From Acidobacteriota bacterium (GTDB lineage: Bacteria; Acidobacteriota; CAIWXX01), in contig JBFMAF010000023.1 in NCBI GenBank assembly GCA_040755995.1, forward strand, positions 256,001 to 320,000: a stretch of DNA of 64,000 nucleotides, given 5' to 3'. Numbering within the stretch: the stretch's first letter is position 1; each line of letters begins with the position of its first letter. Below the pieces are notes generated by a model. It was not told the origin of the DNA. It worked only from the letters and a program-made list of their open reading frames with translations, and made no database searches. Positions 19,710-28,800 of this stretch are shown here, in pieces. The position numbers and the translations under genes were made by a program.

Positions 19710-19867
19710 CCCAGATCCGAAAGATGTACAGGCTCAATCCAATTCGCGACCTCCGTCCAGTCTGTCCAAATTGCCACACGATAATTCACCTGCGTGCGCC
19801 GGCCTACAAGGTCAAGGAAGTGAAGTCGTTCCTGCGCAAGGAGAGGCAAGCCCATGCTGCACACTGA
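19710..19867 (+). pseudogene. HNH endonuclease C-terminal fragment
   Basis: DLRPVCPNCHTIIH motif with no N-terminal part. Confidence 0.65.
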
Positions 19868-20079
19868 ACCAACACATATACTGGCGTGAGGTTGACACCA
19901 GGTGTAAGGTGCTCGGAGCAGAGACCCTCGCCTGTCGTCGATGTAGAACCAAGTCCCGCGATACTTGACCGCGATGCCTGCGCGGTCCGGCGGTTTCGGG
20001 GCGGATTGAACTCGAATCAGTCGGCGCGTCACGTTCTTCCAGTAAAGACCTCACCTGCAGGGGTGCGCGTGGTCGTGAC

Positions 20080-20390
20080 GATGAACGAGCGGATGATCCT
20101 CGCCGAATCCGGCAGTGATTCAAGCGGCAGCTCCTCATGGGCATCGAGACGACGGAGCGCCTCCTCGTAGACCAACAGGACCCGCTTGAGCACGCCGTGC
20201 TCTCGCATCAGGTCCTCGCCCGGCGAGACCTCCTGCTCACCGCGGGTGGGACCACTCTGGGTCTACCGGACGCAGCCAAGCTCGCGCATGCGTATCCAAC
20301 GATCGCAAGAGTCGTGCCCGAGGCGAGGGCTTCGAGGAACCGGCGGCGCTCATTGCCGCAACCGTGAACATCTATCTGATCTTTCACAAT
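20080..20390 (-). pseudogene. Frameshifted hemerythrin-like protein with Tat-type leader
   Basis: ERRRFLEAL leader in one frame; EVSPGEDLMREHGVLKRVLLVYEE in another; truncated after IIRSFI. Confidence 0.6.
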
Positions 20391-20413
20391 GATCTCCTTT
20401 CGACGTGCCTCTT

Positions 20414-21826
20414 TCACACAGGCCACACCCACGCGGTCAGAACGGCACTGAAGAGTACTGCGGCACACGCGAGGCCCGCTCTGGCTCCGGCGACCGACCC
20501 TGCGGGGACCTGTCGGGACCACACATAGGCCTTCCCGAAGACCGCCAACGTCGTGGCGAGCATGGCCCAGCCCAGTGCGGAGAGCCCGAGGAAGCCGGCT
20601 GGAGAGGCCAGCGTGTGATCGGCGATGCGACGAAGAGTGTCGACGCCGAGAGGATCGTGTAGCGCCAGGGGCAGGAATCCTCCCCATGCTGTTATCTTGG
20701 CCGCGGCCTTGGCGAGGTGTGCGACGGCCACGACCGGGGCCGCGCCGGTTGCGGCGGCGAGCAGGAGAGTCCGGAGATCGCCGCGATGGCCAATTAGGTA
20801 CCCAATGCCACAGACAACTGCCCAGACCAAGAGCGGAAACACCACGAGAAACCACAGCGCCTCGTACCATCCGAAGGGAATTGACGGGACGAGCGTATTC
20901 AACCATGCGGGGAGAGAGTGGAATGTGCCATCGAGCCAGTTGACCTCACCGATCACTTCGTGAGCAACGAAGCCGAGGGCGATCATCACAAACGCCGCCT
21001 CGAAGGGCCGAAGAAGGCCCTTGCGACGCACGGGCGCACTGGATTCGACGAGGCCAAGGCCCATGTTGTGATATGGGCAGACCTTGGCACACTGGAGGCA
21101 GAGCACGCAACCATCGGACGGGTCGCGCCGGAACGGGACCAGCAGTGACGGGCAGCTCCGCTTGTCGAAGCGTTCGCGGTTCCGGGCACGGAGACAGTCG
21201 TGCGACGGGCAGGCATCGCAAACTGCCTGATCGCGCACCTCGAGCTGGATCGGCGTATGCCGCCCGTACACGGAAAGGAGCGCGGAGGCCGGGCAGAATG
21301 CCTTGCAGAACGAACGATGCTCGCGAAACAGGAATCCCGATAGCAGTGCGCCGCCGGCAAGCGTGGCGAGCAGGACGCTGGTGTAGTGCGGCACACGATG
21401 GACCGAGCCGCCTGCAACCAGGAGCTGCATCACGAGATACACAGCCACGGTCATCCACCCGGCGCGGAGAAACCGACCCAGCCGCGCCCGCGGCCACGCC
21501 GCCCGGCGGGCGAGCGAGTCGCCGAGCCGGTTCACCAGTTCCATGGGACAGACCGTGCACCAGGCACGGCCAAGCGCGAGGGCCACCGCGATCATGCCGG
21601 GCCACCACAGCCCCCAGACCACCAGTGTGGTGATGTTGGTCTTGCGAAGCGTCATGAGCTCATCGGCCTTCATCCCTGCGCCGATGCCCGCGCCGCTGAT
21701 CGCGAGCCACGACATCACCGCCATCGTGATCACCTGAAGCGCCAGAGGAAAGGCGGCCGAGTCGACTAGTGCGCGAACCGGACGCCACGCGAGCAGGTCA
21801 GGGCTCACAAGAGACGGCCGATTCAC
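20414..21826 (-). CDS. 4Fe-4S-binding polytopic membrane protein (NapH/MauN-like)
   Basis: GRAWCTVCPM, FCKAFCP, CDAC..C, CVLCLQCAKVCP and multiple TM helices. Confidence 0.85.
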   Translation of the reverse strand: MNRPSLVSPDLLAWRPVRALVDSAAFPLALQVITMAVMSWLAISGAGIGAGMKADELMTLRKTNITTLVVWGLWWPGMIAVALALGRAWCTVCPMELVNRLGDSLARRAAWPRARLGRFLRAGWMTVAVYLVMQLLVAGGSVHRVPHYTSVLLATLAGGALLSGFLFREHRSFCKAFCPASALLSVYGRHTPIQLEVRDQAVCDACPSHDCLRARNRERFDKRSCPSLLVPFRRDPSDGCVLCLQCAKVCPYHNMGLGLVESSAPVRRKGLLRPFEAAFVMIALGFVAHEVIGEVNWLDGTFHSLPAWLNTLVPSIPFGWYEALWFLVVFPLLVWAVVCGIGYLIGHRGDLRTLLLAAATGAAPVVAVAHLAKAAAKITAWGGFLPLALHDPLGVDTLRRIADHTLASPAGFLGLSALGWAMLATTLAVFGKAYVWSRQVPAGSVAGARAGLACAAVLFSAVLTAWVWPV

Positions 21827-22170
21827 GAGTCCTCCTCCGCTTCTTCGCGCAGGACAACCTCGCGGTACAGTTGGACGATGTGTTCACGCAGGAGGGCCAG
21901 GACCTCCTGGCCGCTCTTCGTCAACGAATAGTCTCTGCGTGCGCGCGGACCGCCGCGAGGGTCGACCTTGCACCGCAGCCATCCGTGCTTCTCCAACCTC
22001 GCAAGCAGCGGATAGATTGTTCCCGGGCTCACCTCATATCCGTGACGGCTCAGCTCCCGAATCATCCACTGGCCTACCATCGGCCCCTCGGACGCATGAT
22101 GCAAGATGTGCGCCTTCCAGAACGCGAGGAGTATCTCGCGCTGCAGTGCTTTCGTGCTATCCACGGTCAT
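21823..22170 (-). CDS. PadR-family transcriptional regulator
   Basis: SPGTIYPLLARLEKHGWL..RRDYSLTKSG; stop overlaps the next start. Confidence 0.9.
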   Translation of the reverse strand: MTVDSTKALQREILLAFWKAHILHHASEGPMVGQWMIRELSRHGYEVSPGTIYPLLARLEKHGWLRCKVDPRGGPRARRDYSLTKSGQEVLALLREHIVQLYREVVLREEAEEDS

Positions 22171-22184
22171 GCCTCCCCTCAATC

Positions 22185-22222
22185 ATTACGATAATCGTAA
22201 TCGATCCTCGTAACCCTGTCAA
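22185..22222 (-). promoter_or_regulatory. Sigma70 promoter overlapped by an 8-1-8 palindrome (likely PadR operator)
   Basis: TTGACA-N17-TACGAT on the minus strand; ATTACGAT-A-ATCGTAAT at 22185-22201 covers the -10. Confidence 0.7.
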
Positions 22223-22416
22223 CATGCAAGGTCCCGCCCACGTCCTCTCCGACGGCCCAAGGATCACCCAGCAGCCAGGATCGCGCTTGAAATGCCCTCG
22301 CGCGCGCGTGGCCGCCGCTCGGCCAAGTGAGCCTGACACCGCGGAGTGAATCGTTTTCACGAGTCCCAGTTGTCACCGCAGATGACGGGGTGACTCGATC
22401 GACCGGGCAGAGGAGA

Positions 22417-22585
22417 ATGACGACGAAGGATCGCACGCGTGCGGAGGATTTCCTCGAGCTAGTCGAGCGCGCCAGGCGCGGACGCCTCAAGGTGTACCTC
22501 GGGTTCGCGGCGGGGTCCAGAAACCGGCGTCGTGGTGCGAGAGACGGTTCCGGACACGTTCTTGAGGCAGGCGGACCAGGTGGTC
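22417..22585 (+). pseudogene. kdpD: KdpD N-terminal fragments
   Basis: RRGRLKVYLGFAAG joined out of frame to [22 protein letters not shown]. Confidence 0.75.
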
Positions 22586-22679
22586 TATGCAACGGATGTG
22601 TCCAAGCAGATGGTTCGCCGCGCGAGGAAGCGTTTGCAAGGCCGTTCGAATGTGCGATTCATCGAGACCAACGGGGTGG

Positions 22680-23096
22680 ATCCGGAAGGGCGCAGTCGAC
22701 GCGATCTGCAAACACGTCGTGTCACTCGGTGGGCGGGCCTCCGACGGCCTCGATGCCGTGGCACAGGCTGCCGGGGACACAGGCGGCACACCCCCTGGCC
22801 GTCTCCGACGGCGATCGCCTGCTCGGCGTGATCCATCTCAAGGACGTCGTGAAGGGGGCATCAAGGAGCGGTTCGCCCGGTTCCGCGCCATGGGCATTCG
22901 GACCGTCATGATCACGGGAGACAACCCTCGAACCGCCGCCGCCATCGCGGCCGAGGCGGGAGTGGATGATTTCCTGGCCGAGGCGACGCCTGAGCGGAAG
23001 ATGGTGCTCATCAAGGAGGAACAGGCCAAGGGCAAGCTAGTCGCGATGACCGGAGACGGCAGGAATGATGCTCCGGCTCTCGCCCAGGCCGACGTC
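22680..23096 (+). pseudogene. kdpB: KdpB (K+ P-type ATPase) internal fragment, frameshifted
   Basis: [52 protein letters not shown] across shifting frames. Confidence 0.85.
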
Positions 23097-23273
23097 CATC
23101 GGGCGGCCGGGAGCTCCGCATCGACTCTGGCTCCGGCACAAACCAAGCGCCGCCCCTGGGCGGCATGGATGTCCCGCCGGTGGGACGTGCTTCATCCCAT
23201 GAAGAGCCCCGGTCCTGAACGACGAAAGCCTGGCTCGCAGGCCGGCACCTCTTCCAAGGATCGCTCTCTGGGT

Positions 23274-23685
23274 CTTGTGATCCTTGGTGGCACTGGTTTC
23301 ATAGGCGGCCATCTGTGCGATCTCCTCCTGCGCCGCGGACACCGGGTTGTCTGCGTCGACAATCTCTTCTCCTTCTCCATGCGCGGCGTGGAGCACCTTT
23401 CGGGGCACGAGCGCTTTCACTTCTTCAATCGCGACGTATCGCGGCCGATCGAGATCGCGCCGCCAGTGGACGGTGTTCTGCACCTGGCGACTCCCGCCGA
23501 TCCCCGGCTCTTTCGGACTCATCCGGTGGATGTCGCGCGAGCTGCCGGGCTCGGGACGGCATCGGCGCTTGACCTCGCCCGCGAGCACGGGTGCCGCTTT
23601 CTCCTCGCCTCCTCGGAGGCGGTCTACGGGGAGCCGTCGGAACACCCGCAAAGTGAGCGGACGCTGGGAAGCCTCGATCCCCGGT
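23274..23685 (+). pseudogene. NDP-sugar epimerase/decarboxylase (UDP-glucuronate decarboxylase-like) N-terminal fragment
   Basis: [39 protein letters not shown]; ends before the catalytic YxxxK. Confidence 0.75.
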
Positions 23686-23885
23686 GGGTAGACGAGCAGG
23701 GCCAAGTCTCCATGCCGCACTCCTGCCTGTTGCGAGAGCCAGGCAGCGAGCCGGCGCGTGCGCTCATGGAATGACGCACAGGTGTACGCCTCTCGTTCCC
23801 TTCCGTCCGCGTCGAGGAAGCTATAGAGGCACTTGTGAGGCTGCAGCGCGGCCCAGTCGTCCAAGCAGTCGATGATGGAGCTCAT
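23671..23885 (-). pseudogene. Fatty acyl-AMP ligase N-terminal fragment
   Basis: WAALQPHKCLYSFLD.DG.E...[13 protein letters not shown], then similarity stops. Confidence 0.65.
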
Positions 23886-24169
23886 GCATCATGCCCTTTC
23901 GGGTCCGGCACGGCGACGGCTGCCGCTCTTCGCGATATCCTCTGTTCGTTCGAACGCGCTATGATCGTCGACAAGGCGGGAGATAGTGTACCCCGAGTTG
24001 CTTCGCATCGGTAGGTTCTCGGTCGGGGCCAATGCCGGTCGACGAGCCAACTCATCAGCATCGTGATCGTCGTCATCTCGGTGGCATGCATCATCAGGCG
24101 CATCAGGGCGCGTGGAATCACACGGGTGCCCTGCCCGGTGTGAGCCGAACTCTACATACACGCCTATCC

Positions 24170-24198
24170 TTGACAGAGGTCGATCTCCACGCTATCTT
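24170..24198 (+). promoter_or_regulatory. Sigma70-like promoter
   Basis: TTGACA-N17-TATCTT. Confidence 0.55.
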
Positions 24199-24307
24199 TC
24201 GGCCATGTCCTGTCCGCTCCGCGCTAGTGCGCGATGCCATGCTACATCGGTAGTATTTTCGCGGCTGCCTGCGTGAATGAGCACACACCGATCTCCGTGG
24301 TGGCACC

Positions 24308-24427
24308 ATGTATCCGGTAATTCACGTCGGCACGTGGGGGATCGGCTCTCACACCGTCATGATCTCCCTGACGATGTTGAAGTTCAAGGCGAAGGCCCGG
24401 GTGGCCGCGCGCGCGGAGCCGACCTGA
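24308..24427 (+). pseudogene. Possible Lgt-like N-terminal fragment
   Basis: MYPVIHVGTWGIGSHTVMISL resembles Lgt N-termini; only 39 aa. Confidence 0.3.
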
Positions 24428-24479
24428 AAGCGTCTCGGCGACCACGGCCTGACTGCACCCATCGCCCCTGCCGCCATCA

Positions 24480-25496
24480 GTGGCACAACAGAACTCGGTG
24501 AGTTTCCGTGAGGAGCCGTGCCTGGTCACGGGGGCCACCGGCTTTGTCGGTAGCCACTTGGTTGACAGCTTGATACAGGGGGGAGCCTCGGTCTCGGTGC
24601 TTGTCCGCCGGAACAGCAATCTGCAATGGCTGCGTGACAAACCCGTGCAGCTACTCCGGGGTGACATCCTGGATGCCATCACTGCCGAGGTGACCGAGGT
24701 TCTCAAGAGGAGCACCTATGTCTTTCATGCGGCGGGAGCCATCATGGCCTTGCGCCGGGAAGACTATTTCAAGGTCAACGCTGACGGGACCAGGAGACTA
24801 CTAGCGGCCCTGAGGAATGCGAACGGCCCGCTGAAGCGGTTTGTGCTGATTTCGTCGCTGGCAGCCGCGGGTCCTGGCACCGGTGACGCTCTGATCGGCG
24901 AAGATCAGGAACCGCATCCCGTCAGTTGGTATGGCAGCAGCAAACTGGAGGCCGAGCGAATCGCCCACGAGTACGGGCCGTCGGTACCGTTCACGATCGT
25001 TCGGCCGCCACCAGTCTATGGACCTCGTGACTACGCACTGCTGCCTGTGTTCAGATTACTGAAGCGCGGTCTCACGCCTGTGGTGGGACGAGGTTCCCAG
25101 ACCAACTTCGTCTACATCACGGATCTCATCGAGGGTATCCTGCTTGCAGCCAGGTCCGAACAGGGGCGTGGGGAGATATTCCATATCGGTGCTCTGGAGA
25201 ACTGCAGCGCCACACTTGTTCTCAACCGGATTGTGGCTGCGATCCAGCGGAAGACGATTACCCTACCCATTCCTATGCCGTTGGTCTATCTGGCTGCTCT
25301 CTTTTCTGAGATCAGGATGAGAATGACCGGCACACCGGAGATCCTCAGTTTCCAGAAATTGGCCGAACTGAAGCAGGCCAACTGGAGCATGGATATCAGC
25401 AAGGCTCGGCGAATCCTGCACTATGATCCAAGAGTATCGATCGAAGAGGGCGGGCGTTTGACATATGAGTGGTATCAGCGGGCCGGGTGGTTGTGA
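24480..25496 (+). CDS. NAD-dependent epimerase/dehydratase (extended SDR); candidate ketoreductase of the lipid cluster
   Basis: TGATGFVG, ISSLAA, YGSSK, RPPPVYGPRD; start may be GTG 24498. Confidence 0.85.
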   Translation: MAQQNSVSFREEPCLVTGATGFVGSHLVDSLIQGGASVSVLVRRNSNLQWLRDKPVQLLRGDILDAITAEVTEVLKRSTYVFHAAGAIMALRREDYFKVNADGTRRLLAALRNANGPLKRFVLISSLAAAGPGTGDALIGEDQEPHPVSWYGSSKLEAERIAHEYGPSVPFTIVRPPPVYGPRDYALLPVFRLLKRGLTPVVGRGSQTNFVYITDLIEGILLAARSEQGRGEIFHIGALENCSATLVLNRIVAAIQRKTITLPIPMPLVYLAALFSEIRMRMTGTPEILSFQKLAELKQANWSMDISKARRILHYDPRVSIEEGGRLTYEWYQRAGWL

Positions 25497-25525
25497 GAAG
25501 CTGCTCCGCGCCCCACCGCGGTGCT

Positions 25526-25660
25526 AACATGTTGCGATGGAGTCAGGTGTTTGGTGCGATGCGTCATGGTCACACGCGAGCTGTCCGCTCTCTACTCTAA
25601 ACGCGAGGTGCGGCCAGTGCGGCCTCGCGTGCTACATCGATCCGAAGCCGCGCCTCGCTA
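25526..25660 (-). repeat. Stop-codon-anchored intergenic repeat, copy B
   Basis: Begins at the TAG of 25658-26182; homologous to copy A. Confidence 0.8.
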
Positions 25661-26182
25661 GAACCTCACGCCCAGATTGAGGATGACATCCGTCTGTGCC
25701 TCGTCGGCGAATGCCCGGCGGAACTCGAACTCGATCGTGTAGTGTCTGGCCAGTTTGAGGCCGCCGAATGCCTGCAAGGCCGGACTCGTGTCGGATCCCT
25801 CGAAGATCCGCAGGCCGAGTATCGTGGTACTCCAGTCATTCCTGAGAAATCCGAACCCGAGGCCGCCGTAGGGAACGGCTACTGCCTCCTTTGCCGGTGA
25901 GAATGTGACGTTGCCGAACAAGCCCCACAGAGTCCGTGAGGTGTCGACGATGAGGATGGTCGTGGTTACGTGCTGGAGCTCGAACTCGGGCCCGACCAGC
26001 ACAAGATCAGTGAGCCTGAAGTCCGCGCCGACCTGGTAGTTGAGCCTGTCCACAAGGTCGTAGATCTCATCGGTATTCACGTTCAGGTCTACTCCGATCG
26101 CACCGTAGATGCGATGCTCGACCGAGAGCGCTGGACTGGAAAGCCCGGCCACGAGTAGCACGGCCGTCAAGAGGTCCCTCAT
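25658..26182 (-). CDS. Small outer-membrane beta-barrel protein
   Basis: Signal peptide, PYGGLGFG, C-terminal NLGVRF. Confidence 0.8.
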   Translation of the reverse strand: MRDLLTAVLLVAGLSSPALSVEHRIYGAIGVDLNVNTDEIYDLVDRLNYQVGADFRLTDLVLVGPEFELQHVTTTILIVDTSRTLWGLFGNVTFSPAKEAVAVPYGGLGFGFLRNDWSTTILGLRIFEGSDTSPALQAFGGLKLARHYTIEFEFRRAFADEAQTDVILNLGVRF

Positions 26183-26264
26183 CTGTCATGCTCCTTTCGT
26201 GTCAAGAAACGGCGCACCAGGATGTCGTCGGGTGCGTGGGCGTGAAGACCGGCGCCTGTGTGAG

Positions 26265-27473
26265 TCACCAGGGAATCCCCCTGATCGCGTCTACAACGTG
26301 CATCCGGGCAGCTCGAACGGCCGGCGCGAGACCGCCGAGGGCGCCGAGCAGCAACGACAAAAGGAAGCTCCCGGCGAGGAGCGCGGGAGTCACGCGCATT
26401 TCGTAGACGACCGCGGTCATGCTCGTCTGGCTGAGGAGCGCCTTCTGGATCCCGTTGAACTGTGCCGCCAGTAGACATCCGAGAATGCCTCCCGTGCCGC
26501 TCAGAAGGAGCGCCTCAACGAGGAACGCAGCCAGTACGGCCGTGCTGCTGAATCCGATCGCGCGGAGAACGCCGATCTCGCGCAGGCGGCCGGAGGCGGC
26601 CGCAAACAGAGTATTCGCGATGGCGAAGACCGCACCGGCCCCCATCAGAACGCCGAGCACGGCTGCCGCGAAGCGAATCTCGCGAGCATGCCGCGAGTAC
26701 TCGCCGAAGACTTCCGGCTCTCGGCGCGCATCCACGTCGCTTCCGGTGGCAATGGTCTCCATGATGCTCTGAACATCCTGCGGGCCGGCGTCGTCGGCCA
26801 CCCGGAGTCGCACGGAGTTCAAGAATGGGCGGCGGTAGCTGTCCATGATCATCACGTAGTCCCCCCACAGCTCGCTCTCCCGAACGCTCCCTGTGTCGCC
26901 GTCCTGTCCGCTGATCGCAAATACACCCACGATCTCGAACCGGTCTCCAATGCCGCTCCCGATCATCACCCTGTCGCGGGGCGCCAACCCTTCGAACCAG
27001 CGGCTAGCCGCGCGCCCTACGATGAGCTCACGGCGCCCTTGTTCGAACAGGCGGCCGTTTACGATGCGGATGCCGGGAATCATCCGGCGGACTTGCCGCC
27101 ATTCCAGTCCCCGGACGGCGATGTTCGTGCGCTCCGCGCCCTGCCGCCCCCGCGGCAGAACCGCCACGTAGCCTGTGCACTCCGGACTCATAACCGGTGT
27201 CCCGTCGGGGTGGCGGGCGAGGTGGGGGAGGCTCGCGAGAGGGCCCAGCGCCGTGAGGGGTATGGCGCTGGCTGCTTCAGCTCTTGCGCGTTTCGACTTC
27301 ACCACCAGGACGCGCGGGTCGCCGGCATCCACGAGAGTGTGATCGAGACCGCGAGCCAGCGACAGGACCAGCGTGAGCATCGTCACGACACCGACGACCA
27401 CGAGGAGGTGAATCGCGGTGGCAGTTCGGCGATTCCACAAGTGGCGAAGAGTATAGACGAGGGGGATGCGCAT
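26265..27473 (-). CDS. ABC transporter permease (MacB/LolE/FtsX-like)
   Basis: N-terminal TM, periplasmic domain, REIGVLRAIGFS, GGLAPAVRAAR. Confidence 0.88.
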   Translation of the reverse strand: MRIPLVYTLRHLWNRRTATAIHLLVVVGVVTMLTLVLSLARGLDHTLVDAGDPRVLVVKSKRARAEAASAIPLTALGPLASLPHLARHPDGTPVMSPECTGYVAVLPRGRQGAERTNIAVRGLEWRQVRRMIPGIRIVNGRLFEQGRRELIVGRAASRWFEGLAPRDRVMIGSGIGDRFEIVGVFAISGQDGDTGSVRESELWGDYVMIMDSYRRPFLNSVRLRVADDAGPQDVQSIMETIATGSDVDARREPEVFGEYSRHAREIRFAAAVLGVLMGAGAVFAIANTLFAAASGRLREIGVLRAIGFSSTAVLAAFLVEALLLSGTGGILGCLLAAQFNGIQKALLSQTSMTAVVYEMRVTPALLAGSFLLSLLLGALGGLAPAVRAARMHVVDAIRGIPW

Positions 27474-27478
27474 GATCG

Positions 27479-28717
27479 TCAGCCAGCGTCTCTCAACACA
27501 TCGACCGGGTTGCTCCGCGCCGCCATGAGCGCAGGCGGAATGGTGGAGAGCAATCCGATGATCGCGGAGATGCATAGAGCGGCGATGACGGAACGCGCGT
27601 CGATCCGGAGTCGCGTCAGCTCGAAGATGCTGGGGGAAATCCCCCGGGCTGCCGCCGTCTCGATGTCACCGCCCGCCTCCTCAGCTCCCGAATGAACTCC
27701 GGCGATGGAAGACAGTATGCCGGTATTGCACAGAGCCGCCGGAAGCATGGAGCCGGCCGCGCCGGCGGCCAGGGCAAGAAGCAGGCCTTCCGATAGGAGC
27801 AGTATGAAGATGCGGGCACTGGAAAACCCAACCGCTCTCATCACCCCGAACTCATGCATTCTCTGCCGGATTCCGATGCCGAGGCTGTCGGCGGCCGCGA
27901 GACTTGTAACTGCAACGGCCAGCCCGGCGATTCCCAGCAGCAGGCCGGCTACGGGCGTTCCGGAAAAGAGCATGTCTCTGAGCAGGGTGTCCTCGTGCTG
28001 CGTCCGGGTGGGATGCGCCGAATCTGCGAACAGCCGGTCGATCTCCCGGGCGGTGTCGTCCAGGTCTCCAAGGGTGCGGCATCGAACGAATACCACGTTG
28101 GACCCGGCTGACATCGGGTAGCGTAGATTCTCATGGCACGCTTCCAGATAGTCTTTCCGAAGGATCAACGCATAATCGTAGTACATTTCGGGAATGATGC
28201 CGGCGATCAGGAGCTCTACGCGTGCAAAAGGCGGCATAGTCCCCGTTACCGAGACCAGGTCGCCCGGCTTCCAACCGTAGTAGCCGGCGGTCATGCGCCC
28301 GACCAGGGCCGCCCGGCGTTCTCGGATCCACGCCTCCCGAGCCTCGATCGGCAAAGCCAGATCCGGATGGGTCCTGAGGAGCCCGTCGGCATCTACGGCG
28401 ATACCCGGGATGTTCAGCTTCTCTGTTCCCACGCTGCCACCGAACCATCGCAGCCGGCAGACACCCGCTATGCGAAGGGACTTCGGATCCATCTCCTCTA
28501 TCTTCCGCCGGCAGCTGTCGGGGAGAAGCTCGGCGAAGCTGGTCCGGTGCTGAACGAGCAGGCGGGCCTGGACAGCCATGCGATCCATGGTCTGCTCAGC
28601 CAGCCGGCTCACGGCCAGTGCGACGACGAGGATGGCACATGGGGCGGCGATGGTCAGCGCGGTCAATATTGAGCGAATGGGATTGCGCGCCAGGTTCCAG
28701 AGGATCAGCCGATGCAT
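27479..28717 (-). CDS. ABC transporter permease (MacB/LolE/FtsX-like)
   Basis: NLARNPIRSILT, EFGVMRAVGFS, PALMAARSNPVDVLR. Confidence 0.88.
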   Translation of the reverse strand: MHRLILWNLARNPIRSILTALTIAAPCAILVVALAVSRLAEQTMDRMAVQARLLVQHRTSFAELLPDSCRRKIEEMDPKSLRIAGVCRLRWFGGSVGTEKLNIPGIAVDADGLLRTHPDLALPIEAREAWIRERRAALVGRMTAGYYGWKPGDLVSVTGTMPPFARVELLIAGIIPEMYYDYALILRKDYLEACHENLRYPMSAGSNVVFVRCRTLGDLDDTAREIDRLFADSAHPTRTQHEDTLLRDMLFSGTPVAGLLLGIAGLAVAVTSLAAADSLGIGIRQRMHEFGVMRAVGFSSARIFILLLSEGLLLALAAGAAGSMLPAALCNTGILSSIAGVHSGAEEAGGDIETAAARGISPSIFELTRLRIDARSVIAALCISAIIGLLSTIPPALMAARSNPVDVLRDAG

Positions 28718-28800
28718 GTCTCGATTGGATGAGCCGCCGGGGTCATAAGATCAGGACGGGCCCACCGATGCAGTTGATGCAAGATCTTCCGCCCGGTCGT

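Noticed and set aside
22587..23774. 395-aa KdpB-epimerase fusion protein
   Set aside because: Both parts are truncated, the KdpB part is frameshifted and the linker is low-information; treated as adjacent pseudogene fragments.
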